A stretch of 58,978 bases of DNA, counting the filler, from Ferroacidibacillus organovorans (GTDB lineage Bacteria > Bacillota > Bacilli > Alicyclobacillales > SLC66), in assembly GCF_001642725.1 (NCBI RefSeq). It is 7 parts of 7 records of this genome, joined end to end, with 100 filler letters (N's around TTAATTAATTAA, not from the genome) between each part and the next. Parts side by side here need not be neighbours in the genome. Positions count along the whole stretch, not along the records: positions 35,237 to 43,479 come from NZ_LSUQ01000087.1; positions 43,580 to 51,483 come from NZ_LSUQ01000088.1; 5 more parts are not named here. One strand, given 5' to 3'. The notes under the pieces are model-generated. The model was not told where the DNA came from. It saw only the letters and a list, made by a program, of their open reading frames with translations, and searched no databases. Made by a program: the position numbers and the translations under genes. Shown here piece after piece: positions 38,664-49,299 of the stretch; within the stretch, counting starts at the first letter, position 1, and each line of letters starts with the position of its first letter.

Positions 38664-39890
38664 TTATGAGATTGTAAAATGATAGCCGAGTCTACTCAAT
38701 CGGTCGGACAGATCTTTGATTTGCGATAAATCCCGCGTTTCTACAGAGAGTTGCACTTCAACGTGTCCCAGTGTCATGGCGGATCCGAGCCGATGATGCT
38801 CAATCGAAACGATGTTGACACCCGTTTCGGCCACTGCGCGCAACAGCACCATGAGCGAGCCGGGGCGATCGGAAATCGTGGTGATATACCGCGCAAAGCG
38901 TCCCGCGGCACTCAAACCGTGTTCAATAATGCGTGATAAAAAACTGACGTCCACATTGCCGCCAGAGAGAATGACCGCGGTTTTGTCGGTGGTTTTTGGA
39001 AGTTTGTCTGTGATGACAGCCGCGACGGCAGCCGCGCTGGCACCTTCGCTAACCACTTTGCAACGTTCCAATAAGACGACCATGGCGCGCGCAATCTCCT
39101 CATCATCGACACAGACAACATCATCCACGTAGTTCCTGATCACTTCATAGGTGCGCACGCCTGGTCGCTTGACGGCGATGCCATCGGCGATCGTTGATAC
39201 GCGATCAAGGGTTGTGACGCATCCGGCTGCGAGCGAAGCGGTGACACAGGCAGCTCCGCTTGCCTCGACGCCGTAAATTTTGATCGAAGGTTTCAATGCT
39301 TTCAGCGCAATCGCGATTCCGGAGATTAGCCCGCCACCGCCGATCGCTGCGACGACGGATTCCAAATCCGGTTGTTGCTCAAGAATTTCGAGTGCAACGG
39401 TGCCCTGTCCCGCGATGATATCGTCATCGTCAAACGCCGGAATGAACGTCATTCCCGTTTTTTTCTGCAGTGCGCAGGCGTGATCGAGCGCTGTGTCAAA
39501 ATCTGCGCCATGCAGGGTGACGGTTGCGCCATAGCTGCGCGTCGCCTCTACTTTTGAAAGGGGGGCCCCGCTTGGCATGACGATGTGGCAGGGAATGTTC
39601 AGCGCGTTCGCCGCAAACGCGACGCCTTGCGCGTGATTTCCAGCAGACGCGGCGATCACGCCGACTTCTTGGGCTTCTTTTGATAAACGTTGAATCTTGT
39701 TATAGGCTCCACGAATTTTAAATGATCCCGTACGCTGTAAGTTTTCAAGTTTGAGATAAACCGGTCGATGAGCGAGTTCGCTGAGGCGATGTGAGAAGTC
39801 GAGCGGTGTCCGTTCACAGATTCCCGTGAGAAGTTTTTGCGCCTGTTTTATGTCTTCAATCGTGATGGCCAAATCAATCACCCCGCCCAA
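38664..39890 (-). CDS. ilvA: Threonine ammonia-lyase with C-terminal ACT domain
   Basis: ENLQRTGSFKIRGA, SAGNHAQG, GGGGL, SGGN and DRPG motifs; exact start uncertain. Confidence 0.9.
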   Translation of the reverse strand: MGGVIDLAITIEDIKQAQKLLTGICERTPLDFSHRLSELAHRPVYLKLENLQRTGSFKIRGAYNKIQRLSKEAQEVGVIAASAGNHAQGVAFAANALNIPCHIVMPSGAPLSKVEATRSYGATVTLHGADFDTALDHACALQKKTGMTFIPAFDDDDIIAGQGTVALEILEQQPDLESVVAAIGGGGLISGIAIALKALKPSIKIYGVEASGAACVTASLAAGCVTTLDRVSTIADGIAVKRPGVRTYEVIRNYVDDVVCVDDEEIARAMVVLLERCKVVSEGASAAAVAAVITDKLPKTTDKTAVILSGGNVDVSFLSRIIEHGLSAAGRFARYITTISDRPGSLMVLLRAVAETGVNIVSIEHHRLGSAMTLGHVEVQLSVETRDLSQIKDLSDRLSRLGYHFTIS

Positions 39891-39979
39891 ATCCTGAAAA
39901 AAACAGTATTTTTTCTTTTCGATCCTGTGAGTCTATGGTACATTGTATCAAAAACATGAGCCGGAAGGGAGGTTTTGCG

Positions 39980-41095
39980 ATGCACACGGAGAAGGATCGG
40001 GTCGTAGATCGACTCTATCCGCGCGTTCGCGAGACGCTTCATCAAATACGTCCCTATGTTCCGGGGAGACCGGCTGCCGATGTGATGAGGGAGTTTGGCC
40101 TCGCAGACGTGGTTAAGCTTGCCTCAAACGAAAATCCATTTGGTACGTCGCCGCGGGCGAGAGAAGCCGTTTTTGAAGCGGCGCGAGAGATGCATCGTTA
40201 CCCGGATGGCGCAACAACATCACTGCGCAAAGCGATTGCGGCGCACCTCGCTCTGAATTCAGATCAGGTGCTCGTCAGCAATGGCTCAGACGAGATGATC
40301 AAAATGGTTTCAGAGACGTTTTTACAACCTGGTGACGAGGTGGTGGCGCCTTTTCCTTCGTTTGCACAGTATGGGTTTGGCGCAAACGTGATGGGCGCAA
40401 AAATGGTGCACGCTCCTTTGACTCCTACCTTTTTTTACGACGTGGATGCGCTGCTTGCGTGCATCACGGAGCGAACTAAGATTGTGTATCTATGTTCGCC
40501 AAACAATCCGACGGGCACGTGGCTTACGCACGCGCAGGCGGAATCCTACATGGCGCGCGTTCCTGATCATGTGCTGACTGTCTTTGACGAGGCGTACGTC
40601 GAGTATGTCGACGCAATAGATCCGCTCGATACACTGAGGTGGGTTCGCGAAGGGCGGGCGGTGCTCTCGTTTCGCACCTTTTCAAAAATGTATGGCCTTG
40701 CAGGGCTGCGTCTCGGTTATGCGCTGGGGAATCCGGGCATCCTCTCTTTTATTGAAAAGGTGCGTGAGCCGTTCAATGCGAATGCGCTGGCACAGTGCGC
40801 GGCAGAGGCTGCACTTTTGGATACGGCGTTTGTGGAGATGGTGCGTCGTAAAACGAAGGAAGGCAGACGTCAACTCGAAGCGGGTGTGCAAGCATTGGGC
40901 TATCATACCGTGCCATCCCAAGGAAATTTTTCATTAGTGTATACAGGTAACGGGCGTGAGACATTTGAACGGTTGCAGCGTTTAGGGGTCATTGTGCGGG
41001 CTGGGTTCCCCGGTCTCGACGCGTATATTCGGGTATCGATTGGCACATTTGAAGAAAACGAGCGTTTTCTTCAAGCGCTGGCAACGCTGTCTTAA
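39980..41095 (+). CDS. hisC: Histidinol-phosphate aminotransferase
   Basis: KLASNENP, NNPTG, DEAY and RTFSKMYGLAGLRLGY motifs. Confidence 0.93.
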   Translation: MHTEKDRVVDRLYPRVRETLHQIRPYVPGRPAADVMREFGLADVVKLASNENPFGTSPRAREAVFEAAREMHRYPDGATTSLRKAIAAHLALNSDQVLVSNGSDEMIKMVSETFLQPGDEVVAPFPSFAQYGFGANVMGAKMVHAPLTPTFFYDVDALLACITERTKIVYLCSPNNPTGTWLTHAQAESYMARVPDHVLTVFDEAYVEYVDAIDPLDTLRWVREGRAVLSFRTFSKMYGLAGLRLGYALGNPGILSFIEKVREPFNANALAQCAAEAALLDTAFVEMVRRKTKEGRRQLEAGVQALGYHTVPSQGNFSLVYTGNGRETFERLQRLGVIVRAGFPGLDAYIRVSIGTFEENERFLQALATLS

Positions 41096-41125
41096 GTAAA
41101 GAGAAATGTGGAGCTAAGGGAGAAG

Positions 41126-42220
41126 ATGGAGATGGCAGAAGACCGATTGAAAGATTTGCGTTCAGAATTGGACGTCATCAACCTTGAATTGTTGCAACTC
41201 TTGAGCAAGCGCGCAGATGTCGTACAGCGCATTGGTCACTTGAAACAGACGCGCGGTGTAGCGATTTTTGACCCGGAGCGCGAAAAACAGCAGTTGGATC
41301 GACTGGTTGAGGAAAATCCAGGTCCGTTCCCAGACAGCACGATTCGTCACTTGTTTAAGCAAATTTTTCAGGCTTCGCAAGGTCTTCAGGAAGAACAGCG
41401 CAAATTGCTCGTCAGTCGTCAACGCAATCACGAGGATACGGTGGTCACCGTCAGAGGGATCAAGATCGGCGGCGGCGTACCGATCGTCGTTGGCGGTCCG
41501 TGCTCTGTTGAAACGGATGACCAAATGGAGAAGATTGGTCAGGAGATGCAGGTTCAGGGTATTCAACTCGTGCGCGGAGGCGCCTTTAAACCGCGCACAT
41601 CTCCGTATGATTTTCAAGGATTGGGCGAAAAAGGACTTCGCATGTTGCGCGACACGGCGCGGAAGTACGGATTTGCCACCGTATCTGAGATTGTCAACCC
41701 GGCCGATGTGGAAATGGCCATCCAGTATGTGGACATGATTCAGGTGGGCGCTCGAAACATGCAAAATTTTGAGCTTCTTAAAGCGGTCGGGAATACGCGG
41801 GTGCCTGTGCTCCTAAAACGTGGATTATCAGCGACCATTGAAGAGCTCATCTATGCGGCCGAATACATCGCTGCCCGCGGCAACGAGCAAATCGTTCTTT
41901 GTGAGCGCGGAATTCGCACCTATGAGAAAGCGACCCGCAATACGCTTGACATCTCTGCCGTTCCAATTTTGAAACAGGAGACGCACCTTCCTGTGCTGGT
42001 GGACGTCACCCATTCCACAGGTCGAAAAGATATCATGCTTCCTGTCGCAAAAGCGGCGCTTGCCGTTGGAGCGGATGGCATCATGGTTGAAGTTCACCCA
42101 GAACCGCAAGTTGCATTGTCTGACGCCAAACAGCAATTGAACTTCGCGGAGTTTGATCATTTTATGGAATCGCTTCGCAGCTCTGGCATGATTCCGGCAC
42201 TCGTTACCACGCACGGCTAA
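41126..42220 (+). CDS. aroA: Bifunctional chorismate mutase / DAHP synthase
   Basis: N-terminal chorismate mutase domain; GPCSVE, KPRTSPY and GARNMQN motifs. Confidence 0.93.
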   Translation: MEMAEDRLKDLRSELDVINLELLQLLSKRADVVQRIGHLKQTRGVAIFDPEREKQQLDRLVEENPGPFPDSTIRHLFKQIFQASQGLQEEQRKLLVSRQRNHEDTVVTVRGIKIGGGVPIVVGGPCSVETDDQMEKIGQEMQVQGIQLVRGGAFKPRTSPYDFQGLGEKGLRMLRDTARKYGFATVSEIVNPADVEMAIQYVDMIQVGARNMQNFELLKAVGNTRVPVLLKRGLSATIEELIYAAEYIAARGNEQIVLCERGIRTYEKATRNTLDISAVPILKQETHLPVLVDVTHSTGRKDIMLPVAKAALAVGADGIMVEVHPEPQVALSDAKQQLNFAEFDHFMESLRSSGMIPALVTTHG

Positions 42221-42294
42221 TGAAGCGCTTTAGTCGCGCCTGTGAATTTTAAGACATAGATCCATGCTGATCTGACGTTAAGATGCGATAAGGA

Positions 42295-42323
42295 AAGACG
42301 TCTCCTACGGAGGCGTTTTTTTC
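42295..42323 (+). terminator. Intrinsic terminator after aroA
   Basis: AGACGTCTCC-TAC-GGAGGCGTTT followed by a T-run. Confidence 0.75.
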
Positions 42324-42377
42324 TTTACATTTTCTTTACGTTATAGCGATGTTTGCTTTACATAGGCTTGCTAGAAT
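42324..42377 (+). promoter_or_regulatory. PhoP (Pho) boxes and extended -10 of pstS
   Basis: TTTACA/TTTACG/TTTACA at 42324, 42335 and 42357 (11-bp phase); TGCTAGAAT at 42369-42377. Confidence 0.8.
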
Positions 42378-42418
42378 CATCCTATAGGCAACGGAAAGAA
42401 CCATCAGGAGGGTTTCCA

Positions 42419-43462
42419 GTGAAAAAGAGTGTGATTACTTCTGCCGTTGCTGTCTGCGCGATCTTGATCGCCGGCATTAGTTTACAGTCTTTTGCGGCAT
42501 CCGCGTCTGGTGTCTCGAGTTTGACGGGCGCTGGTTCAACCTTCGACTATCCCTTCTTTAATCGCGCCTTCTATCTCTATGCTGCACAAAACCATGTGAA
42601 TGTAAACTATAGTGCAATTGGAAGTGGCGGCGGAATTCAGCAGTTCTCGGCGGGTACGGTAAACTTTGGCGCGTCGGATGTTCCAATGAATGCGGGAGAA
42701 TTAAACGCCGCGCAAAAAAATGGCGGATCGGTCATCCAAATTCCCATCGCGCTCGGCGGAGAGGCGATTTCATACAATTTACCGAGCGTTCACGCAAAGC
42801 TCAAGTTCACACCACAGGTTATCGCACAAATCTATCTCGGACAACTCAAGACGTGGAACGATCCGCGCATCAAGGCGATCAACCCAGGCGTTAAACTCCC
42901 GAATCTTCCAATCATCGTGGTTCATCGCTCGGATGGGTCTGGCTCAACGTATATCTTTACCGATTTTCTGAGCACGATCAGTCCGCAGTGGGCGCGCATC
43001 GTCGGTCGAGGCAAAGCGGTCAACTGGCCTGTCGGCATCGGCGGTAAAGGCAATGAAGCAGTTGCACAAAGCGTGAAAAACACAGTCGGAGCCATTGGCT
43101 ACGTGGAACTCGCGTATGTTCTGCAGTCCAAAATGCAATATGGTTATGTTAAAAATCGTGAAGGACAGTACGTGCTCCCAACGCCTTTAACCGTTTTGAA
43201 AGAGGCGGCGCAAAAACCGAGTGTCACGTCGAAAAACTTCTCTATCGTTTGGCTTTTGGGAAAAGACGCGTATCCAATCTCTGGCTATTCGTGGGCACTT
43301 CTTGATCGAAACCAGAAGAGTAGCGCGGTGAAAAACACGCTTGTCAGCCTGTTCACGTGGATGGAAGGACCCGGCCAAGCGCAGGCGGCCGCCGTCGACT
43401 ATGTCCCACTGCCACAAAATATCCGCCAGCAAGCACTGCACCTGCTTGACACTGTGAAGTAA
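42419..43462 (+). CDS. pstS: Phosphate ABC transporter substrate-binding protein
   Basis: GAGSTF, GSGGG, FGASD and RSDGSGST motifs; GTG start after AGGAGG. Confidence 0.94.
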   Translation: MKKSVITSAVAVCAILIAGISLQSFAASASGVSSLTGAGSTFDYPFFNRAFYLYAAQNHVNVNYSAIGSGGGIQQFSAGTVNFGASDVPMNAGELNAAQKNGGSVIQIPIALGGEAISYNLPSVHAKLKFTPQVIAQIYLGQLKTWNDPRIKAINPGVKLPNLPIIVVHRSDGSGSTYIFTDFLSTISPQWARIVGRGKAVNWPVGIGGKGNEAVAQSVKNTVGAIGYVELAYVLQSKMQYGYVKNREGQYVLPTPLTVLKEAAQKPSVTSKNFSIVWLLGKDAYPISGYSWALLDRNQKSSAVKNTLVSLFTWMEGPGQAQAAAVDYVPLPQNIRQQALHLLDTVK

Positions 43463-43479
43463 ATCAGGCAGTATCTGCT

Positions 43480-43579
43480 NNNNNNNNNNNNNNNNNNNNN
43501 NNNNNNNNNNNNNNNNNNNNNNNTTAATTAATTAANNNNNNNNNNNNNNNNNNNNNNNNNNNNNNNNNNNNNNNNNNNN
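43480..43579. other. Artificial contig spacer
   Basis: N-TTAATTAATTAA-N. Confidence 0.99.
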
Positions 43580-43645
43580 GGTAGGTCTGTCGCCAACCCC
43601 CGTTCGGGACTTGCACCCTATAGATTCCGCCCATGCCGGGCGTAC
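43580..43645 (-). mobile_element. 5' end of a class IIC group II intron
   Basis: Minus strand GTACGCCCGGCATGGGCGGAATCTATAGGGTGCAAGTCCCGAAC, starting just after a terminator U-tract; the contig breaks inside it. Confidence 0.85.
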
Positions 43646-43676
43646 ATAAAAAAGACTCCTGCCTTTCGGCGGAGTC
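43646..43676 (-). terminator. Terminator of the P-type ATPase gene (intron target)
   Basis: Minus strand GACTCCGCC-GAAA-GGCAGGAGTC-TTTTTTAT. Confidence 0.85.
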
Positions 43677-43690
43677 CGCAAAGCAATGAG

Positions 43691-46381
43691 CTATGCCGCT
43701 TTGCGCAGCGTGCCTTCGCGCGCCGAGTGCCGTCTGCGCGCTCGTCTCGCCCCTACAGAAAGCGTCGGAAGTACAGCCGCAAAGAGAACAGCCCCCCACT
43801 GAGACAACGAAAGCGGCACCGTTTTAAAAATAGGTTGCAGCGCAGGAAGGTACATCACGATCCACAACATCATAAAGGAGATCGCCACCGCCGCGACGAG
43901 GTAGGGATTTCCAAAAATCCCGCGTTCGCGAATGCCGTGCGATACCGAGCGACAATCAAAGACGAGGATTAATTGGGCCATCACAAGCGTTGCAAACGCC
44001 ATCGTCTGCGCCGTCTTTAGCGCGACGCTTAGATGCAGAGCGATGGCGAAGATGGAAAGCGTGACCACCCCGATGGCGATGCCGCGCGTGATGATCTGGC
44101 GACCCAGCCCTCGCGCAAAAATCCCTTCACGCATCGTTCGCGGCGGCCGCATCATCGTGCCCGGTTCTGGTGAATCGACGCCGAGGGCGATCGCGGGAAG
44201 TCCATCCGTGACAAGATTGACCCAGAGAATTTGAATCGGTAAAAGCGGCAGCGGCAATCCCATCATCATCGCGAAAAACATGGTCAGGATTTCCCCGACA
44301 TTCGAGGTTAGCAAGTAGCGAATAAACTTGCGAATATTGTCGTAGATGTTTCTTCCTTCTTCAATCGCCGCGACGATCGTCGCAAAATTGTCATCGGCGA
44401 GCACCAGCGACGACGCGTCTTTCGCCACATCGGTTCCACTTTTTCCCATTGCGATGCCGATGTCTGCGCTCTTTATGGCCGGCGCGTCATTCACGCCATC
44501 TCCCGTCATCGCAACGACGTGTCCGCGGTTTTGCAGCGCCTTTACGATGCGTAGCTTATGCTGAGGTGTCACGCGCGCATACACATAGACTTGATCGACC
44601 ACATCCTCAAGGGCGCGCTCCGACAACGGATCGAGTTCCGCGCCCGTCATCACGCGTCCGTTTTGCGGTAAGATTCCAAGGCGTAGTGCGACTGCCTCTG
44701 CAGTCAGGCGATGATCCCCTGTAATCATGACCGTCTTGATCCCTGCGCGCTTGCACTCAATGATCGCAGAGGCGACTTCTTCGCGCGGCGGATCCATCAT
44801 CCCAACGAGTCCCACAAACGTGAGGTCCCGCTCCACCCGCTCCTGCGCGACCGAGTCATTCGGAGCATCGCGCGTGGCAAGCCCAATGGTTCTGAGCGCA
44901 TCGCGCGCCATCTCTGCAAGCGCACTGTTGATCTTCTCGCGCAGCGCGGGCGTGAGCGGGCGTCGCTCACCGTTCACGAAGAGGTGTGTGCAAAGCGACA
45001 ACAGCACATCCGGCGCGCCTTTGACATACGCGGTGACGCGCGCACCGTCTTTTGCGATGACACTCATCCGTTTGCGATCCGAGTCAAAAGGATACTCATT
45101 GACGCGTTGCGCACTCGATGTTCCGCCAATTTTTTCAGCGAGGACAAGCAGCGCCACTTCGGTAGGATCGCCTACCGTATGCACCTGCCCCTGCTCTTGC
45201 CGCCACGTCGCATTGTTACAGACACGTGCGACATCAGCGAGGCGCAGGAGTGCGTCTTGATCAACGCGCAAGCCGTCTGCGCGCAGAATCTGACCGCTTG
45301 GCTGATAGCCTTCACCCTCCACGTGATACGCGATCCCCTCAAGCCAAACGCGCTTTACGGTCATCTGATTCTGGGTGAGGGTGCCTGTCTTATCCGAACA
45401 GATCACCGTGGCGCACCCGAGTGTCTCAACGGATGGCAGCCTGCGCACAATCGCATTGCGGGCGATCATCCGCGACACGCCGAGCGCGAGCGCGATCGTA
45501 ACAATCGCCGGAAGCCCCTCGGGAATCGCCGCAACCGCCAAGCTCACCCCTGCGAGAAACATCTCATAGAGCGCATGCCCGTGGAGAACACCCGCGATGA
45601 CGACGATGATCGTGATCGCCAGACTCAGCCAAACCAAAATTCGACCGAGTTGGTTCAAGCGATGCTCAAGCGGAGTAAGCGTTGATTCACTCGTCTGAAT
45701 CAGTTCAGCGATACGCCCCATCTCGGTTCCCATTCCAGTCTCGACAACCACCGCGCTCGCCTTGCCGCGCGTAACCATCGTGCCCATAAACACCATGCCA
45801 GCGCGATCTCCGAGCGGCGCTTGACTCGCCGAAATGGATCGCTCATCTTTTTGCACAGGCACGGACTCACCCGTCAGCGATGACTCTTCTGTCGCGAGTT
45901 CACGCACCGTAAGCAATCGACAATCTGCGGGAACGCGATCCCCTGCCTCAAGCAAAACGATATCCCCTGGAACAAGCGCAGTGGCAAGTACGTGCGATAC
46001 GGCATGGTTGCGCATGACCCGCGCTTCCGGCGCAGTCAATTGCTTGAGTGATGCGAGCGATTTTTCTGCGCGCACCTGCTGAAAAAAACCGAGAATACCG
46101 TTTGCCAGAACGATGGCCATGATTGTAAGCGCGTCGGTGTATTCACCAAGCAGACCTGAGATGAGCGTTGCAATCAAAAGAACGATGACCATAAAATTGC
46201 GGAACTGATCAAAAAAGACACTGAGCAAAGAGACGCGACGACGCTCGAGCAACGCGTTCTCTCCAAAGATGGATCGCCTTTTTTCAATCTCTTGCTCGTC
46301 GAGCCCGTTCTGTGTTGCCTCGAGTGCGACGAGAACCTGATCACCGGTCAAGGTGTGCCACGCTGTACGTTCTTCTGTCAA
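43691..46381 (-). CDS. yloB: P-type Ca2+-transporting ATPase (SERCA-like)
   Basis: TGES, PEGL, DKTGT, KGAPD and GDGVND motifs. Confidence 0.92.
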   Translation of the reverse strand: MTEERTAWHTLTGDQVLVALEATQNGLDEQEIEKRRSIFGENALLERRRVSLLSVFFDQFRNFMVIVLLIATLISGLLGEYTDALTIMAIVLANGILGFFQQVRAEKSLASLKQLTAPEARVMRNHAVSHVLATALVPGDIVLLEAGDRVPADCRLLTVRELATEESSLTGESVPVQKDERSISASQAPLGDRAGMVFMGTMVTRGKASAVVVETGMGTEMGRIAELIQTSESTLTPLEHRLNQLGRILVWLSLAITIIVVIAGVLHGHALYEMFLAGVSLAVAAIPEGLPAIVTIALALGVSRMIARNAIVRRLPSVETLGCATVICSDKTGTLTQNQMTVKRVWLEGIAYHVEGEGYQPSGQILRADGLRVDQDALLRLADVARVCNNATWRQEQGQVHTVGDPTEVALLVLAEKIGGTSSAQRVNEYPFDSDRKRMSVIAKDGARVTAYVKGAPDVLLSLCTHLFVNGERRPLTPALREKINSALAEMARDALRTIGLATRDAPNDSVAQERVERDLTFVGLVGMMDPPREEVASAIIECKRAGIKTVMITGDHRLTAEAVALRLGILPQNGRVMTGAELDPLSERALEDVVDQVYVYARVTPQHKLRIVKALQNRGHVVAMTGDGVNDAPAIKSADIGIAMGKSGTDVAKDASSLVLADDNFATIVAAIEEGRNIYDNIRKFIRYLLTSNVGEILTMFFAMMMGLPLPLLPIQILWVNLVTDGLPAIALGVDSPEPGTMMRPPRTMREGIFARGLGRQIITRGIAIGVVTLSIFAIALHLSVALKTAQTMAFATLVMAQLILVFDCRSVSHGIRERGIFGNPYLVAAVAISFMMLWIVMYLPALQPIFKTVPLSLSQWGAVLFAAVLPTLSVGARRARRRHSAREGTLRKAA

Positions 46382-46580
46382 GAGATACTCACCCTTTCAC
46401 ACACGCCCCCGCGAGCGCAAACCCCTGTTCACTTTCACAGCACCCTCTCACCGTACAAGCTATGCGCCACAAAGAAGGATCATGCAGGTGTCGCGCGCAA
46501 AAGCCACCCGGATGTGGGATAGTCTGGTATACTTGGATAAGCATCGCGCGCGAGTTCGCGTACGCGAAAGGAGCATTTCG

Positions 46581-47528
46581 TTGCAGAGATATGCCCTGAT
46601 CACAGGGAGTGCCAAAGGCTTGGCCGTCGTGTTTGCGCACCACCTCGCAAAGCAACACTATGACCTGATCTTGAACTATCGTCAGTCGCGCGCAGCATGC
46701 GAAACGCTTGCAGAGACGCTTAGAAAGGCGTACGGCATCCACGTTTCCGTCATTCAGGCGGATATGACGCAACCGGCGGATATTGAAGGCATGCTCGATC
46801 ACGTCTTGCGCGACACGCCGCGTCTCGACGCTGTCATTCACAGTGCGGGACCCTTTATTTTTTCACGAAAACGATTGACCGATTATGATCCGAGTGAGTG
46901 GCGGCAGATGATCGATGGAAACCTCACATCTGCCTTTCATGTGTTTCGCCGCGTGCTACCCCTCATGCGCAGGCAAGGCTATGGTCGCATCGTGACTGTA
47001 GGTTTTGACCGCGTCGAAGAGGCGCCAGGTTGGCCTTATCGGGCAGCGTACGCAGCCGCAAAAGTCGGTCTCGCCTCGCTTACACGCAGCATTGCGATGG
47101 AAGAGCGCGAGTGCGGAATCACCGCGAACATGATCTGCCCCGGTGACATTCGCGGGGCCGCCAAAGAGCAAGATGTCGACCTTGACGCGCTTGACGCGCC
47201 GGCAAACGCCCCGATTGCAGGTGATTTGGCTCAGATCATCGATCTGTTGCTCGATCCGCGCGCAAAGCTACTTACGGGAAACGTGGTCTCTCTCACGGGT
47301 GGCATCGATGTGATATCCAAGTTTGACAGCGGAAAAATCGATGTGAGGGACGCGATCGTCTACGAACCGGGAGGTGTGGTCTACGTCATTCCTTGGCAGC
47401 GCAACGCCACGATTCTAAGGCGCGACGATCACCCGAATCGGCGCAGCATCTACACCGTGCAGAGTGGAAATGAGCGCGGGGCATTCACGTACGAACAATT
47501 TCAAGGAGCGATTTCCGATGGCGTTTGA
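46581..47528 (+). CDS. SDR oxidoreductase (FabG/YtkK-like) with extra C-terminal domain
   Basis: TGSAKGLA, YAAAK and CPG motifs; TTG start after AAGGAG. Confidence 0.85.
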   Translation: MQRYALITGSAKGLAVVFAHHLAKQHYDLILNYRQSRAACETLAETLRKAYGIHVSVIQADMTQPADIEGMLDHVLRDTPRLDAVIHSAGPFIFSRKRLTDYDPSEWRQMIDGNLTSAFHVFRRVLPLMRRQGYGRIVTVGFDRVEEAPGWPYRAAYAAAKVGLASLTRSIAMEERECGITANMICPGDIRGAAKEQDVDLDALDAPANAPIAGDLAQIIDLLLDPRAKLLTGNVVSLTGGIDVISKFDSGKIDVRDAIVYEPGGVVYVIPWQRNATILRRDDHPNRRSIYTVQSGNERGAFTYEQFQGAISDGV

Positions 47529-49299
47529 CGGACTGGTGCTAGACGCCGTAATGAACGAACTGAAGCAAACCCTGATCGGCGGTCGCATTGATCGCGTCAC
47601 GCAGCCATCTCCGCACGACATCGTTTTGCAGATTCGCGTGGAGCGCACCAATCACCGTCTCTTGCTCTCCGCCAATCGCTCCTATCCGCGGATGCACATG
47701 ACGACGCGCTTTCAAGTCCCGAGTCCGGCGCTTCCGCCACTCTTTTGCACGATGATGCGAAAGCATTTGGAGGGTGGAAAAATCATCGCGTTCTCACAGG
47801 TGGGGCGCGAACGCATCGCGCACATCGATGTGGAGATTCGCGATGAATTGGGCAAAAAGGTCACGCGGCGGGTGGTCCTTGAGATCATGGGCAAGCACAG
47901 CAACCTGATTCTTCTTGAGCAACCGGACGGAGCAATTCTTGATGCGATCTCTCACCTTTCACACGCAGTCAACCGCTATCGCGAGGTATTGCCGGGACGT
48001 CCCTACGTTTCACCACCCGCACAAAACAAGGTCGATCCGCTGAAAGAGACGCGCAAAGGGTATCTCGCGCGACGTGAGCACACGATCGAGACATTCCCAA
48101 AACACCTTGTCGCAACGTATGAGGGAATCAGTCCGTTCTTTGCAAAAGAGGCGGCCTTCACCCCTGCGGTCGACGAAAAGTCGCCGACGATCGACGAAGA
48201 ATGGCTGCGCTTTGCCGATACGCTGCAAAAAACCGTGGATCCGGTGCCAACCATTGTGCGCGGCGGCCGGGACCGTGCTGACTCGTTTTATCTCTTCCCG
48301 ATTCAGCACCTCGAAGGAGAGCGAGTAAGTTACTCGTCTGTCAATGACTGCCTTGACGCCTATTACGCTGAGCGCTCCATGAGCGACATCGCCCGGAGCA
48401 AAGCAACTCATCTGCTGCGCCTAGCAAAGCAAGAGCGCACACGCGCTGTAGCGCGCATTGCGACGTTTGAAGATGTCTTGTCGCGCAGTCACGAGGCAGA
48501 CTTCTGGCGAATCGCCGGAGAACTTTTGACCGCATATCCGCACGCGGTCAAAAAAGGTGTGCAGGAAGTAACCCTGCCAAATTTTTATCAAGATGAAGAG
48601 CCGACAACGATCACACTCGATCCGGCGCGCTCGTCCCTCGACAATGCGAACGCATATTTTAAACGCTATCAGCGCTATAAAAAGGGCATCGATATCACGC
48701 GTGAGCAACTCGCACAAGCACGCGATGAGGTCATCTATCTCGATTCTGTGCTGCACGAGCTTGCGGTGTGCACTGTACAGGAGATCCCATCCATTGAAAT
48801 GGAACTGCGAGAAGCCGGCTATCTTCGAATGCCTACCTCTAACAAACCGCAAAAGATGAAACCGCAAAAAGGGAAAACGAACAAGAAACAAGAGAAGCCG
48901 CAACTGGTGCCCGCCGTCTATCTCGCGTCAGATGGGACACCGATTTGGGTAGGGCGAAATAATCGTGAAAACGACATGATGACACATCGCCTCGCGCGCA
49001 AAACGGACATCTGGCTTCATGTGAAAAATGCGCCAGGGTCGCACGTCATCCTGCACGATGCGGAGCCGTCTGAACAGGCGTTGTTTGAGGCGGCGGTCCT
49101 CGCCGCGCATTTTAGCAGCCTACGAAGCGCACTGCGCGCCGACGTCGACTGGCTGCAAGTAAAGCACTTGCGCAAACCAAATAAATCAAGACCTGGATTT
49201 GTCGTCTTTGAAGGCCAAACGACACTCGCTATACGCTATACGCAGGAGCAAGTGGAGGAAGTGCTAAAGCGCGCGACCACCTTTCCCGGATCACCTTAG
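47518..49299 (+). CDS. rqcH: Ribosome quality control factor RqcH (NFACT/FbpA/YloA)
   Basis: MAFDGL, EIMGKHSN, GRNNREND and PGSHV motifs. Confidence 0.93.
   Translation: MAFDGLVLDAVMNELKQTLIGGRIDRVTQPSPHDIVLQIRVERTNHRLLLSANRSYPRMHMTTRFQVPSPALPPLFCTMMRKHLEGGKIIAFSQVGRERIAHIDVEIRDELGKKVTRRVVLEIMGKHSNLILLEQPDGAILDAISHLSHAVNRYREVLPGRPYVSPPAQNKVDPLKETRKGYLARREHTIETFPKHLVATYEGISPFFAKEAAFTPAVDEKSPTIDEEWLRFADTLQKTVDPVPTIVRGGRDRADSFYLFPIQHLEGERVSYSSVNDCLDAYYAERSMSDIARSKATHLLRLAKQERTRAVARIATFEDVLSRSHEADFWRIAGELLTAYPHAVKKGVQEVTLPNFYQDEEPTTITLDPARSSLDNANAYFKRYQRYKKGIDITREQLAQARDEVIYLDSVLHELAVCTVQEIPSIEMELREAGYLRMPTSNKPQKMKPQKGKTNKKQEKPQLVPAVYLASDGTPIWVGRNNRENDMMTHRLARKTDIWLHVKNAPGSHVILHDAEPSEQALFEAAVLAAHFSSLRSALRADVDWLQVKHLRKPNKSRPGFVVFEGQTTLAIRYTQEQVEEVLKRATTFPGSP

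Noticed and set aside
40940..40956. 17-bp exact match (TATACAGGTAACGGGCG) to the left end of array site 5
   Set aside because: Lies inside intact hisC coding sequence (YTGNGR) with no hairpin or apex; most likely chance.
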